Under the pieces are notes generated by a model. That model was not told the DNA's origin and did no database searches. It worked only from the letters and a program-made list of their open reading frames with translations. This document shows, in pieces, positions 1-10,612 of a DNA stretch of 64,000 nucleotides; position 1 is the stretch's first letter; every line of letters starts with the position of its first letter. This DNA is from Candidatus Poribacteria bacterium (GTDB lineage: Bacteria > Poribacteria > WGA-4E > PCPOR2b), in assembly GCA_965218095.1 (NCBI GenBank), contig OZ244587.1, forward strand, positions 4,736,001 through 4,800,000. Direction: 5' to 3'. Both the position numbers and the translations under genes were made by a program.

Positions 1-583
1 CGGCTGCCGTCGAATCGAGAAAGGATTGAAGCGTTGTTGGCTGGGACATGCCCATCAGGCCGACGTTCGGTGATGTGCCGGCGATGCCGCGTTGTGCAGG
101 TATCCCCCCGCCGCCCGAATTCAGCATTGATACAGCAAACACCACCGCACCTGGCGCATCGGATGGCGAGAGATTCACATCGGTGACTATTTGAGGAATT
201 GGTGGATTCGCGTCAACGCTCCTTGGGAGTTGCAGTTGTGGACGTGCTTCGAGTTTGAGCGGGCGGTTGGAAAATTCAATCACATTTTCTGTTGTCATTG
301 AATCGGTTCTGAAACGCACAGAGGTGACGGCGCGAGGTTGCGGTTGAATCTGCTTGACCGTGATGGTTGATTGCGTCGGCACGATGGGTTTGGTGACGGG
401 TTTAATCATCGGTTTGCGGACTTTTGGCTTCGGAGGTTCGGGAGTTTTGAGAATGGTTGCATCGATCAGGTCTTGAAATGGCTTGGTGTGGGTTACCAGA
501 TACACACCGGCGATCAATATAATCAGTCCATGCACGATTAGAGATACAATTAGTGATTGGGAAGTGATCTTCATGCGCGACAT
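1..583 (-). CDS. Membrane-anchored Pro/Val-rich protein, N-terminal part (runs off the window); paralog of the N-terminus of 27988..29463
   Basis: Manual translation from ATG 583 (not in the ORF track): MSRMKITSQSLIVSLIVHGLIILIAGVYLVTHTKPFQDLIDATILKTPEPPKPKVRKP..., which aligns with MSAKQTSGAFMTSLILHGIAAFIAGVYLVTQTQQFKDLVGAEVLQAKEPPKPQVRKP. Confidence 0.8.
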   Translation of the reverse strand, partial: MSRMKITSQSLIVSLIVHGLIILIAGVYLVTHTKPFQDLIDATILKTPEPPKPKVRKPMIKPVTKPIVPTQSTITVKQIQPQPRAVTSVRFRTDSMTTENVIEFSNRPLKLEARPQLQLPRSVDANPPIPQIVTDVNLSPSDAPGAVVFAVSMLNSGGGGIPAQRGIAGTSPNVGLMGMSQPTTLQSFLDSTAA

Positions 584-709
584 TTGAATCTCTTTTCTCC
601 ACTGAGTGTATAGCCGAACTCGTGAGAATTCGGGGAGTTGTCCGAACTCCCTGATAAATCGGGATCCAGAGCGACTTACGAGTTCGGCTACATCATGGCA
701 AACCTTTCT

Positions 710-1431
710 TCATGCTTCCGACGGTCGTGTGACAAACGCCGCATGTTCGGCCGTCGAAAGCCCCTTCTGCAACGATAAAACCGTTGCCAAATCCCCTTCC
801 AGCAATGCCCCTACCGCCAACCGCAAGCCGGGAAAGATTTGACTTTCGATGATGCCATTCGCATCAGGCGCCAATGGCGTATACCCGTCTTCAACGAGCC
901 GAAACCAATCGAGTTGTTTGTCCTGCGTCTGCCAGACGATGTATTCCTGTACGCCGCAACGTTGATAGACAGCTAATTTTTCTGCAGGTCATAATCCGCA
1001 CCGGGGGCTGCGCCCTCAACAGTTAATTCCGGCGCACCTTCGACGTAATTTTTGTCGTTAATTATAGAATTTCCACCGAGTTCAGCATTAATTCGTAGCA
1101 ACGCATCAGGTTGGACTTCGTTGTCAGGGTCAAGGTAGACCGTTGTATTGTCTAATAACTGGATCCCTGGTGTTGCCACGCGATAGGCGCCGAGCCAGAT
1201 CATCCCAAAACCATGCGGTTCGCTATGGACGGTTCGCACAGGTGATGACATGTAAACAACGCCTTCAATCAGTTCTGCTTTCTTGACATACGGCATCGCG
1301 TCGTAACGCCGCTCAAATTCGTCCCGTGTCAGTCGGTCGCCATGCTTCAGCGGTGGTGCCGTCTTCTTCATTTTTTCAATGGACGCCGGTGGCTGGGCAC
1401 GAATTTCTTTTTTTAATGCTTTCTCCGTCAT
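710..1431 (-). pseudogene. Uma2/DUF820 family endonuclease, frameshifted
   Basis: ORF 973..1431 has Uma2 motifs (KAELIEGVVYM, QPDALL, GAPEL.VE). After a 1-nt shift near the A5 run at 977-981 the frame continues KLAVYQRCGVQEYIVW...FPGLRL to TGA at 710-712. Confidence 0.8.
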
Positions 1432-1745
1432 GAGGACTCCTCCTTCTTCAATCTGTCCGGGAAGTGCAACTTGCCTCGCGCTTTTAGCTCCATTGGCAAG
1501 AGGCTATGATAGATAAAGGCGTTCACCGGGGTAGCCACCCCGACTTTCTTACCGAGGCGCATTACCGCCCCATTCTGGAGTTCGAGTTCCGATGGACGTC
1601 CGGCTATAATAACCTTTGCTGCATGGAGGCAGTTGAATCCGGTGGAACACGATCCCACGCATCAATTGCCTTGGGAATCGTATCTTCTAGCATCGCAATT
1701 CCACGCGCGTGTGCCACGGCAAAAATCTCGTGCAATCCCTGTTCA
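1428..1745 (-). pseudogene. C-terminal remnant of ketopantoate reductase (PanE/ApbA family)
   Basis: Two frames give EIFAVAHARGI...STASMQ and IIAGRPSELELQNGAVMRLGKKVGVATPVNAFIYHSL, typical of the ApbA C-domain; the N-terminal Rossmann domain is absent. Confidence 0.7.
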
Positions 1746-1752
1746 AACTGAT

Positions 1753-2898
1753 TTAATCCGCCGCGATGTCAACCAACTCGACCTGCGCGCCGCGGATAGC
1801 CTCACAGAGGTAGGTAATACCTTCGGAAACGTCATCAATATGAGTGTAGGCGTAAGCCAGGCGGATGCTCTTGATGGGATCGTTACGATAGTGGAAGGCG
1901 CTGCCGCTGCTGAACCCCACATTGTGTTGGGCGGCAAGTTCTCCGAGCGTTGCCATGTCCGTTGTTTCCGGCAGATCTATCCAGAGGAAAAGCCCACCAC
2001 GCGGTCTCGTCCACGTACAGATGTCGCTGACATTCTCTTCGAGTGTCTCGATCACGGCGCGACATTTTGCGCCAACGGCGGCGTTCGTCACGGCAAGGTG
2101 TTCATCTAGATGTTCCTTGAAAAACTCTGCTACGATTGAGCTTGCTAGCGCACTGCATCCGCCATCCCACCGGTTCTCATGAATCATGCCGTTATATGGC
2201 GGTCTGGCGACGAAATATCCCTGGCGGAGACCACAACCGAGAATCTTTGAAAACGTCGCGATAAAGATGACGCGGTTGGACTGGTCAAGTTTGAAAATCG
2301 CATCGGGCGTCGGGTTTGGCACAAAGTCGATGTCGCCGTAGCAATCGTCTTCAACGATCAGGGTGTCGTATTCCTCTGCTAACTCCAGCATTCGTTTCCG
2401 GCGTTCTAGCGAAAGAATCGCCGCCGTGGGATTTTGGTGGTTGGAAGTGGTATAGATTAACTTGGGACGGATATTCTGCGCCTTGAGTTCTTTCAGCTTT
2501 TCCTCAAGGGCATCCATGTTCATGCCGTCGATGTAATCCATGGGCACGCCCACGATATTTGTCTTGAGGTGTCGCATGATACCCAGCGTGCCACTGTAAG
2601 TAAACTCTTCGGTTAAAACGGTTTCCCCTGGATCGGTGAAGGCCCCCAAGACGAGATCTAGCGCCTGCATAGAACCGGACGTGATTGAGATGTTCTCAAT
2701 ATCCAGCGGCACACCTTCCCGCCGCTCGAAGCGCATCGAAGCTAACTCGCGTAAGCCCTCATATCCATTTTCACCAGGATAGTTCACGAGGCTCCCGCCT
2801 AACTTCCGTAGTGCTTTCTCACTGGCTTTAATTAAACCTTCTGTTGGAAATGTATACGGATCGGGTCGCCCACCCGTAAAAGCAAAATCTTTAGCCAT
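1753..2898 (-). CDS. PLP-dependent aminotransferase (class I/II, MocR-like)
   Basis: HQNPT, IVEDDCY, TFSKILGCGLRQG and PRGGLFLW motifs; AAGGAG RBS. Confidence 0.9.
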   Translation of the reverse strand: MAKDFAFTGGRPDPYTFPTEGLIKASEKALRKLGGSLVNYPGENGYEGLRELASMRFERREGVPLDIENISITSGSMQALDLVLGAFTDPGETVLTEEFTYSGTLGIMRHLKTNIVGVPMDYIDGMNMDALEEKLKELKAQNIRPKLIYTTSNHQNPTAAILSLERRKRMLELAEEYDTLIVEDDCYGDIDFVPNPTPDAIFKLDQSNRVIFIATFSKILGCGLRQGYFVARPPYNGMIHENRWDGGCSALASSIVAEFFKEHLDEHLAVTNAAVGAKCRAVIETLEENVSDICTWTRPRGGLFLWIDLPETTDMATLGELAAQHNVGFSSGSAFHYRNDPIKSIRLAYAYTHIDDVSEGITYLCEAIRGAQVELVDIAAD

Positions 2899-2936
2899 AA
2901 TATTCTCCTTAAGTGGTTATGAATATCTTCCACGAT

Positions 2937-3024
2937 CCCCCTCACCTTAACCCTCTTCCACCAAGGGATGAGGGAACTATTTCTCCCCTTGCCCTTGACG
3001 GGAGAGAGGCGGGGGGTGAGGGTG
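2937..3024. repeat. Inverted pair of BoxC-like palindromic repeats
   Basis: CCCCCTCACCTTAACCCTCTTCC...GGG followed by an inverted copy ending GGGGGGTGAGGGTG; related copies at 13135-13250. Confidence 0.6.
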
Positions 3025-3076
3025 AAAACGTAAAAGGAAATAATTCAAACTTACTTAAAAACTGTGATCAGATTTC

Positions 3077-3239
3077 TATATGTAACCGTTAAAAATCTCA
3101 TACTGTGAAAATAGAATTCACGAAATATGGCACTCAAGAATCTGCTCATGTAGAAGTTTGTGCGAGTTTCTGAAGGATGTGAATTTAACAATTCGTTATC
3201 TTCGATTTCACATTGTCGCATTTTTTAACAGTTACTATA
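3077..3239. mobile_element. MITE-like non-coding element with imperfect terminal inverted repeats
   Basis: TATATGTAACCGTTAAAAA at 3077 versus TTTTTAACAGTTACTATA ending at 3239; inner pairs TGTGAAA/TTTCACA and AATTCAC/GTGAATT. Confidence 0.5.
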
Positions 3240-3455
3240 TGAAAAACCACGATTGGATTTCCACCTTCAACCTTTAACAGATGATACCATAAATTGAAGA
3301 AAAATCCTACCCAAAATTGGTGAAGACAGCGTTTTCACATTCTGCCTGCCTGGATGGGAACTCTAGCAGAAATATATCCGTTACTGACACGGGGGGTTTG
3401 ACTTAGAAAGGAAAGCTTTTGCGGGCAGAGACAGAACTCAGGAATTAAGATGGGG

Positions 3456-3732
3456 CCTGGTTGACTGACAAAAGTGGTTTGGGAGCAGACAGCCCGTGAC
3501 TTTTTGGCATATGGCTTGTCAAACAACAGAGAGGGCGAGCCCCGATAGGATCGGGATTCAGATTGCTCTGAATCCTCGATACTTCATCGGGAGCAATATG
3601 TGAGGAAGCGAGTCTGTGAGGTTCGCTCTTGCCTGCCTCCACGCTCCCTCGCCTCCATTTTCCACAACGCATGAGAAATCGGATAAAACGAGCTGTGACA
3701 TCGATCCGACCGAGTTTTGTCAGTCAATCAGG
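3456..3732. mobile_element. MITE-like element with 18-bp terminal inverted repeats
   Basis: CCTGGTTGACTGACAAAA (3456-3473) and TTTTGTCAGTCAATCAGG (3715-3732) are 17/18 complementary; internal hairpins; no credible ORF. Confidence 0.6.
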
Positions 3733-3775
3733 GGGGGGGGGCGATAATCCGCAAGATTGCATCCCATTTTCAGTT

Positions 3776-4924
3776 TTACTGGCCAATCCGACGCAACGGA
3801 TAAAACAGACTGACTGACACAAGAATTAAAATGCCCGCGGAGATCCAGTAGAGAATCTGGAAGGTTTCAGGAGTATACAGTTTCCCGGCAAATGGAGGTC
3901 CGAACACCCGTCCGAGGCTGAAGAAAGCATCCATGATGCCAATCACGGTGCCCTGTCCGATCTTCGTTTGCTTAGAAATCCACGAGGTATTTGTCGGGCG
4001 GATGATCAGGTTTCCAATTCCCGCGATTGATAGGTAAACAGTAAGCGTCATAAGTGCCTTCGACCAGGGCAGCAGCGCCATCCCCAATGCATTAATCAGC
4101 AACCCGAGGATGATGAGCTTAAACTCCCCGAGTGTATTAATCAACCGTCCTAAAATGCTGCCTTGCAGAAGGGCGACGAGCGCTCCCATAATCATGAACA
4201 TTGCCCCCATCTCTTTTGCGCCGTAGTGGAGTCGATCTTTGATAAAAAGGGGGAAAGTTGTTTCCAATCCTGAAAAGATGAAAGTTGAGAAGAAAGCGAC
4301 GAGAAAGAGCGGGGTCAAGGGGTGGTTCAGTGCTGCCCAGGGAGAGATGTGCCATTCACGCTTATTGAGGCGATCGGCGAGTTTGAGGGATTCCGGCAAA
4401 AAGATCAGCGCAAAGGCGAAGGTAACGAAAGAAAACCCGCCAGCAACAAGGAACGGGAGGCTATGGTTTTCCATAATAGCGCCGATGCCGGGGCCGAAAA
4501 TGAATCCAAGCCCCATCGCTGCTCCCATCAAACCCATGCCCTTTCCACGCGCTTCCTCTGTCGTGACATCCGCGACATAAGCCATTACCGTCGGCAAAAC
4601 GGCTGCTGATAGCACGCCCGATAAACCACGGGCGATGAATAGCCAACTCAAAGTCTTTGCTGTGCCAAACAAAGCCAGGGCCCCCGCATTCCCAACGAGG
4701 CCGATTAGGATTGCATGCTTGCGGCCGTATCGATCTGACATGCGCCCCCATAGTGGTGCAAAGATCAATTGCATTGCCGAGTAGATCGCCATCAAGAATC
4801 CAATCTGCGCAGGACTTGCCCCCAACGCATTCGCATAATATGCCAGGTGCGGGATGATGATGCCGAAGCCGAGCATGACTAGGAACATCGTCAAAAACAA
4901 GATTGTTAAGGCGCTTTTCTTCAT
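3776..4924 (-). CDS. MFS transporter (TetA/DHA1-like)
   Basis: Many hydrophobic segments; MFS motif A GRMSDRYGRK; GFIFGPGIG. Confidence 0.9.
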   Translation of the reverse strand: MKKSALTILFLTMFLVMLGFGIIIPHLAYYANALGASPAQIGFLMAIYSAMQLIFAPLWGRMSDRYGRKHAILIGLVGNAGALALFGTAKTLSWLFIARGLSGVLSAAVLPTVMAYVADVTTEEARGKGMGLMGAAMGLGFIFGPGIGAIMENHSLPFLVAGGFSFVTFAFALIFLPESLKLADRLNKREWHISPWAALNHPLTPLFLVAFFSTFIFSGLETTFPLFIKDRLHYGAKEMGAMFMIMGALVALLQGSILGRLINTLGEFKLIILGLLINALGMALLPWSKALMTLTVYLSIAGIGNLIIRPTNTSWISKQTKIGQGTVIGIMDAFFSLGRVFGPPFAGKLYTPETFQILYWISAGILILVSVSLFYPLRRIGQ

Positions 4925-5254
4925 CTGAACTCATTGCGGGTAGTTTCTTGGAAATCTAATAGAGCGCAGCAAAGAATCTCCTCGTTAAGGTGCAAGAGAT
5001 GCTTTCCTTCGTTGAGGCTGACGGGAGAAGCGTGCGTTTTACTCGCTATAAGTTCTCCGTCATACCACCGTTGAATGGCTATCACCCCTGATTTTTCCAT
5101 GAAATTCTCAGCGTGCATTGGGAATTTCATGATTATAGAAGTTCCAGATAAAGCCTGTCAAGCCTAAAATTACCCTTTCTATCATTTTGGACTTTATTCC
5201 AGACTAGGGTTAGTGTACAATAAAGCGAAAAACTCGATACGTGAGGAGAAAAGC

Positions 5255-6496
5255 ATGACTGTAGATCAGTTGAAAGGCAAAACTGTCGGAGCAGCTGTTT
5301 CTGGTGGGCTCGATAGCTGTACCATCGCGCGGTGGTTAGTCGATAACGGTGTCGATGTGGTATGCTTCACAGCAGATCTCGGGCAGCCCGACGAAAAAAA
5401 CATGGGCGAAATCTGTGAGCGGATGCTGGCATGTGGAGCGCAAGAGGCAGTTATCGTTGATGCGAAGAACGAACTTGCTATGGCAGGTATCAAGGTCATC
5501 CAATGCCAGGCCAAATATGAAGGCGGATATTGGAATACGACCGGTATTGCGCGGCATATTACGGTCGAGGCGCTCCTGCCTGAAATGGAGAAGCGTGGGA
5601 TTAATATTCTGGGACACGGCTGCACCGGTCGAGGAAATGATCAGGTGCGATTCCAGATTGCAACAAATATGTTGAATCCTGATTGTGAGGTCTATGCCCC
5701 ATGGCGCGATCCGGCCTTCCTGGAACGGTTTGGCGGCAGAAAAGAGATGATCGATTTTTGTAATGAGCGCAGTCTACCAATTAAAGCCACTCACGAAAAA
5801 CCTTACTCGACCGATGCGAACATGCTCGGCTTAACGCATGAGGCCGGTAGATTGGAATCCCTCAAAACGCCTGCTGGCTTTATCACGCCGGGCATGGGCG
5901 TCCATCCGGAGGATGCTCCCGATGAAGTCGAACATTTCACGGTGACTTTTGTGAGGGGAATACCTCTTGAGATCAACGGAAGCCCCATGGTCCCCTTTCG
6001 AGCCCTGACAGAAGCGAATCACATTGGTGGACGAAATGGGGTCGGCATCGGGATTCACACGGTCGAAAATCGCTTCGTCGGGATTAAGAGCCGAGGGGTT
6101 TACGAATCACCGGGGATGGAATTGCTCGGCCGGTGTTATGAGTACCTGCTTCAACTCATTTTGGACCGACGGGCGCGTCGTGTCTTTGATCACGTTTCAG
6201 CGGTGGTGGCGGAACAGATCTATCAAGGCTATTGGTTCGATCCCGCCACACAATCGCTGCTCGCATCCATCGAACTCTTCACGCGCATGGCTTATGGAGA
6301 CATTACTGTTGCGCTGTATAAGGGAAATGTCGCTTTTCACTCCGCCGTTGGTGTGGCCCATTCGCTCTATTCAGAGGAAACTTCCTCAATGGAAGCCATC
6401 GGCGATTTCAACCATGCGGATTCCGAGGGGTTCTTGTCCGTTCTTGGCGTTAGCGCGAAGGCGTTGTCTGCCGCCGGGCAGACGAAATTAGTGTAG
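5255..6496 (+). CDS. argG: Argininosuccinate synthase
   Basis: AVSGGLDS, HGCTGRGNDQVRF, ENRFVGIKSRGVYESPG; start placed at ATG 5255 after GAGGAG. Confidence 0.95.
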   Translation: MTVDQLKGKTVGAAVSGGLDSCTIARWLVDNGVDVVCFTADLGQPDEKNMGEICERMLACGAQEAVIVDAKNELAMAGIKVIQCQAKYEGGYWNTTGIARHITVEALLPEMEKRGINILGHGCTGRGNDQVRFQIATNMLNPDCEVYAPWRDPAFLERFGGRKEMIDFCNERSLPIKATHEKPYSTDANMLGLTHEAGRLESLKTPAGFITPGMGVHPEDAPDEVEHFTVTFVRGIPLEINGSPMVPFRALTEANHIGGRNGVGIGIHTVENRFVGIKSRGVYESPGMELLGRCYEYLLQLILDRRARRVFDHVSAVVAEQIYQGYWFDPATQSLLASIELFTRMAYGDITVALYKGNVAFHSAVGVAHSLYSEETSSMEAIGDFNHADSEGFLSVLGVSAKALSAAGQTKLV

Positions 6497-6552
6497 TAAA
6501 CCTTGAAAAGGTTCCAAACCTTTTCAAGGATCTAGAAGATAGGAAGATTCAA

Positions 6553-7542
6553 ATGAAAATAAAGTTAGCACAGTACGGCATCTCCCATGACCACGCATTG
6601 GGAAAGACGCGGGTGATGAAGGAGAGCGATCAGGTTGATTTCTGCGGCATCTTTGAGCCGACGCCCGAAGTTCGCAACACAATCGGGAAAACTCCTGCTT
6701 ATGCCGGCGTCCACTGGTTTTCATCAAAAGAGGAGGTGCTGGAAGACGAAACAATCGTTGGGATTGCTGCGCAAGGTCGTGTTTCTCAGAACCTCGGCTT
6801 TACGCAGGAGGCGCTTGAACACGGCAAGCATGTCTGGTTTGATAAACCCGCTGGTGATGATCTAGATCTGTTTCGTGCGATTTTAGACCTCGCACGGGGA
6901 AAAGGGTTGCTCGTCCAACTCGGGTATATGTTTCGCTACAATGCAGGTTTCCAATTCATCCTCAATTGGGCCAGCTCCGGTAAACTCGGCGAAATCTTCT
7001 CTGTCCGCGGACGGATATCCTCCGGTGGTTCAACGGAAGTTGAATGGAAGCGATGGAATTCACGAGGGGAACGTGAAGGTGGAATTATGTTTATTCTTGC
7101 CTGCCATCTCATTGACACTATCGTTGCATTACTAGGGCGTCCAGATCGTGTAACGCCGTTCTCGAAAAACGAAGACAGCGTATTCCCCTGGTATCGTGAT
7201 AACACAGCGGCAGTTTTTGAGTATCCCAAAGCCATGGCTATCATTGAGTCAACCGGATTGGAAGTCTCTTCAGGAGCGTCGAGGCGGTTGGAAGTCTATG
7301 GTACTCGCGGAAGCGCAATCCTTGAGCCCCTTGAACCGCCGGCACTACGGTTGTGCCTCGACGAAGATCGCGAGGGTTATGTCGAAGGCTGGCAGACGGT
7401 GCCGGTGGAAAATCGTCCGCGTTACGTCGAAAGCCTCCGTGCCTTCGTTGCGGACATTCGCGGTGAGAAAGTTCCAGACCGCTCGCTCGAGCACGAATTC
7501 ACGGTTCAGGAAACCGTCCTCCGTGCTGCGGGAATTAAATGA
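6553..7542 (+). CDS. Gfo/Idh/MocA family oxidoreductase
   Basis: GKHVWFDKP, GYMFRY and CHLID motifs. Confidence 0.9.
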   Translation: MKIKLAQYGISHDHALGKTRVMKESDQVDFCGIFEPTPEVRNTIGKTPAYAGVHWFSSKEEVLEDETIVGIAAQGRVSQNLGFTQEALEHGKHVWFDKPAGDDLDLFRAILDLARGKGLLVQLGYMFRYNAGFQFILNWASSGKLGEIFSVRGRISSGGSTEVEWKRWNSRGEREGGIMFILACHLIDTIVALLGRPDRVTPFSKNEDSVFPWYRDNTAAVFEYPKAMAIIESTGLEVSSGASRRLEVYGTRGSAILEPLEPPALRLCLDEDREGYVEGWQTVPVENRPRYVESLRAFVADIRGEKVPDRSLEHEFTVQETVLRAAGIK

Positions 7543-7547
7543 AGAAC

Positions 7548-7576
7548 TTGACTTTGATAGACGCATGTGGTATAGT
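7548..7576 (+). promoter_or_regulatory. Sigma70-type promoter of the leuS leader
   Basis: TTGACT-17bp-TATAGT with extended TG. Confidence 0.65.
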
Positions 7577-7608
7577 TAGCAGCAACGAATATTCAGGAGA
7601 TTTCATTC

Positions 7609-7722
7609 ATGGTTTACATTTCACTGTTCATCAGCAATTGCGTTTCCTTTCAGCCTGACGTTTACCTCAACTTGGCTTTATTGCGATTGCGTCTCGTGAT
7701 GGGCAGTGGCACACCGAATTGA
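7609..7722 (+). CDS. Putative Leu-rich leader peptide (37 aa)
   Basis: AGGAGA RBS; MVYISLFISNCVSFQPDVYLNLALLRLRLVMGSGTPN*, with 6 Leu in codons 20-29; lies upstream of leuS. Confidence 0.6.
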   Translation: MVYISLFISNCVSFQPDVYLNLALLRLRLVMGSGTPN

Positions 7723-7756
7723 TGTTCATTCGCATTCATTTTGATTTTTTTGTCAC

Positions 7757-7798
7757 AGCCCATCATCGAATCGTTGTTCGATGGTGGGCTTTTTATTT
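7757..7798 (+). terminator. Attenuator-type intrinsic terminator
   Basis: AGCCCATCATCGAA-tcgttg-TTCGATGGTGGGCT-TTTTATTT; its 5' arm can alternatively pair with 7697-7711. Confidence 0.75.
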
Positions 7799-7879
7799 AC
7801 GCCCCCGGTTGCATTCAGGAGACGCGGCTTGAATTTTACCCGATTTTTAGTATAATTTGACCACGTAAGGAGACCTGAA

Positions 7880-10432
7880 ATGCCAAAGTATACATATGAC
7901 CCCGCGACCATTGAGCCGAAGTGGCAGGCGGTGTGGGAAGAACGCAAAACCTTTCGTACACCCTCGCATCCGAAGGAATGGGAAGGAAAACCGAAGTATT
8001 ATATCCTTGATATGTTTCCGTATCCGTCCGGTGCGGGGTTACACATCGGACATCCAGAAGGCTACACCGCCACCGATGTAATTGCTCGCATGCGTCGAAT
8101 GCAGGGCTACAACGTACTACACCCGATGGGTTGGGATGCGTTTGGGCTACCAACTGAGCGTGCCGCTGTGCGTGAGGATATTCACCCTGCTGTCATCACC
8201 AAGCGAAATATTGATAACTTTCGACAGCAAATTAAACGAATTGGATTTTCGTATGATTGGGGTCGCGAAATCAACACCGCGTCACCGGATTACTACAAAT
8301 GGACGCAATGGATTTTCCTCAAGCTCTACGAAAAGGGATTGGCTTATCTAGCGGAAGTTCCTGTGAATTGGTGTCCGGCACTCGGCACAGTCCTGGCCAA
8401 CGAGGAGGTCAAAGAGGGAAAGTACGTTGAGACGGGAGATCCGGTTGAGCGAAGGCTGATGCGCCAGTGGATGCTGAAGATCACCGTATATGCAGAGCGG
8501 CTTTTGGAGGACCTGGACACAGTAGATTGGCCTGATGGCATTAAAGAAATGCAGCGTAACTGGATCGGTAAGTCGGAGGGGGCAGACATCGAATTCGTGA
8601 TCAGCAATACCGACCTTTCGTTCACCGTTTTCACAACACGACCCGATACTTTGTTTGGCGCGACCTATTGTGTTTTCGCACCGGAACATCCATTCGTCGA
8701 ACAGATTACGACCGGGGCGCAGAAAGGGGTTGTGCAAGCGTATGTCACGGAAACGCAGAGCAAATCTGACCTCCAGCGAACCGACCTCGCCAGAGAGAAA
8801 ACGGGTGTCTTCACGGGGGCCTACGCGGTTAATTCAGCGAACAATCAGTCGATTCCAATTTGGGTTGCTGATTACGTCCTGATATCCTACGGTACAGGTG
8901 CGATTATGGCTGTTCCCGGCCATGATGAACGTGACCATGAGTTTGCACGGGAATTTAGTCTGCCTATCGTCGAAGTTGTGGCCGGCGGCGAAAAGCCAAT
9001 CGAAGTGGAAGCATTCATCGGCGATGGCGTCAACGTAAATAGCGGTTTTCTCAACGGACTCGAGACGGAGGCCGCAAAGCAGAAGATGGTCAATTGGCTT
9101 GAAAAAGAAGGGAAGGGGGCACGGCAGGTGCAGTATCGCTTGCGCGATTGGCTCTTCTCCCGGCAGCGTTACTGGGGCGAACCTTTTCCAATTGTGCATC
9201 TCGAAGACAGAACAATTTTGACGATTCCGGAAAATCAACTTCCTGTGGAACTGCCGCCTATTGACGAATACAAACCGACACCCGACGGCAAGCCACCGCT
9301 TGCCCGCGCTAATGATAGCTGGCTGATGGTCGAACTGCCGGATGGTCGCAAGGGCGTTCCGGAAATGAACACAATGCCGCAATGGGCAGGCTCCTGCTGG
9401 TACTACCTCCGCTTTATCGACCCACACAACGACGAGCAGGCGTGGTTGCCGGATGCTGAGAAGTACTGGATGCCGGTCGATCTCTATGTCGGCGGTGCAG
9501 AACACGCGGTCCTCCACCTGCTCTACGCACGCTTTTGGCACAAGGTGCTGTACGATTGTGGTTTTGTCTCCACGAAGGAACCGTTCCAGAAACTCTTCAA
9601 CCAAGGTATGATCCTTGCCTATTCCTACCAAGATGATAACGGCAAATATTATTCACTGAGCGAGGTGGAGGAACGGAACGGAAAATGGTTCGTTAAGGCG
9701 ACCGGTCTGCCCGTTACCACTCAGGTCGAGAAGATGTCTAAATCTCGTCTCAATGTCATCAATCCCGACGAAGTCATTGACGTATACGGTGGCGATGCGT
9801 TGCGGCTGTACGAACTTTTCATCGGTCCCCTCAGCGTGAGTGCACCGTGGCAGATGAACGGTGCCGATGGTGTCTACCGCTTCCTGCAACGGATCTGGCG
9901 TCTTGTTGTTGATGAACGGACTGGCGAACTGAATGACAAGCTGACTGATGCCTCCACTGACAGCGATCCGGAACTATGGAAGGTACTGCATCAGACCATT
10001 AAAGGGGTTACTGAGGATGCCGAGTCCATTGACAAGATGAATACCGCCATCAGTCAGATGATGGTCTTTATAAACGCTGCTACACAAGCCCAAACTGTTT
10101 CCAAGGAAACGATGAAGACGTTCCTGCAACTGCTCGCGCCTTATGCCCCTCACATTGCCGAAGAGCTGTGGGACCGCCTCGGTGAGACAGAGCTAATCGC
10201 GCATGCTTCTTGGCCCACTCATGACCTAGAAGCCCTCAAGCGTGAGGAAGTCACCATCGTTGTCCAAGTCAACGGAAAACTACGCAGCCGAATCCAACTT
10301 CCCGTTGATTCAAGTAACGAGGAAGTTGAGGCCGCCGTCCTCGCCGATGCACGCATCCAGAAGTACATTGAAGGAAAACCGGTGCGGAAATTCATCGTTG
10401 TTCCCAATCGCCTGGCGAATGTCGTGGTGTGA
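7880..10432 (+). CDS. leuS: Leucine--tRNA ligase
   Basis: [14 protein letters not shown] (HIGH), KMSKS, editing domain FTTRPDT. Confidence 0.98.
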   Translation: MPKYTYDPATIEPKWQAVWEERKTFRTPSHPKEWEGKPKYYILDMFPYPSGAGLHIGHPEGYTATDVIARMRRMQGYNVLHPMGWDAFGLPTERAAVREDIHPAVITKRNIDNFRQQIKRIGFSYDWGREINTASPDYYKWTQWIFLKLYEKGLAYLAEVPVNWCPALGTVLANEEVKEGKYVETGDPVERRLMRQWMLKITVYAERLLEDLDTVDWPDGIKEMQRNWIGKSEGADIEFVISNTDLSFTVFTTRPDTLFGATYCVFAPEHPFVEQITTGAQKGVVQAYVTETQSKSDLQRTDLAREKTGVFTGAYAVNSANNQSIPIWVADYVLISYGTGAIMAVPGHDERDHEFAREFSLPIVEVVAGGEKPIEVEAFIGDGVNVNSGFLNGLETEAAKQKMVNWLEKEGKGARQVQYRLRDWLFSRQRYWGEPFPIVHLEDRTILTIPENQLPVELPPIDEYKPTPDGKPPLARANDSWLMVELPDGRKGVPEMNTMPQWAGSCWYYLRFIDPHNDEQAWLPDAEKYWMPVDLYVGGAEHAVLHLLYARFWHKVLYDCGFVSTKEPFQKLFNQGMILAYSYQDDNGKYYSLSEVEERNGKWFVKATGLPVTTQVEKMSKSRLNVINPDEVIDVYGGDALRLYELFIGPLSVSAPWQMNGADGVYRFLQRIWRLVVDERTGELNDKLTDASTDSDPELWKVLHQTIKGVTEDAESIDKMNTAISQMMVFINAATQAQTVSKETMKTFLQLLAPYAPHIAEELWDRLGETELIAHASWPTHDLEALKREEVTIVVQVNGKLRSRIQLPVDSSNEEVEAAVLADARIQKYIEGKPVRKFIVVPNRLANVVV

Positions 10433-10612
10433 TGGCGAGAGTTGCTTCAACATGTGCATTTGATCGCCGACTAGAGAATATGTATAGAATAGAGAACGAA
10501 GGAAACTACGGATTTCGTAGCCTTACACGGACTAAAGATCTGCATAATCCTACGAAATCTGTGGAATTATTTAGCACCTAAACAATGCAAACAACTACAA
10601 CCGGGAGAAACC

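Noticed and set aside
4921-5130. 69-aa ORF overlapping the MFS start
   Set aside because: No recognisable motif or clear RBS; may be a remnant
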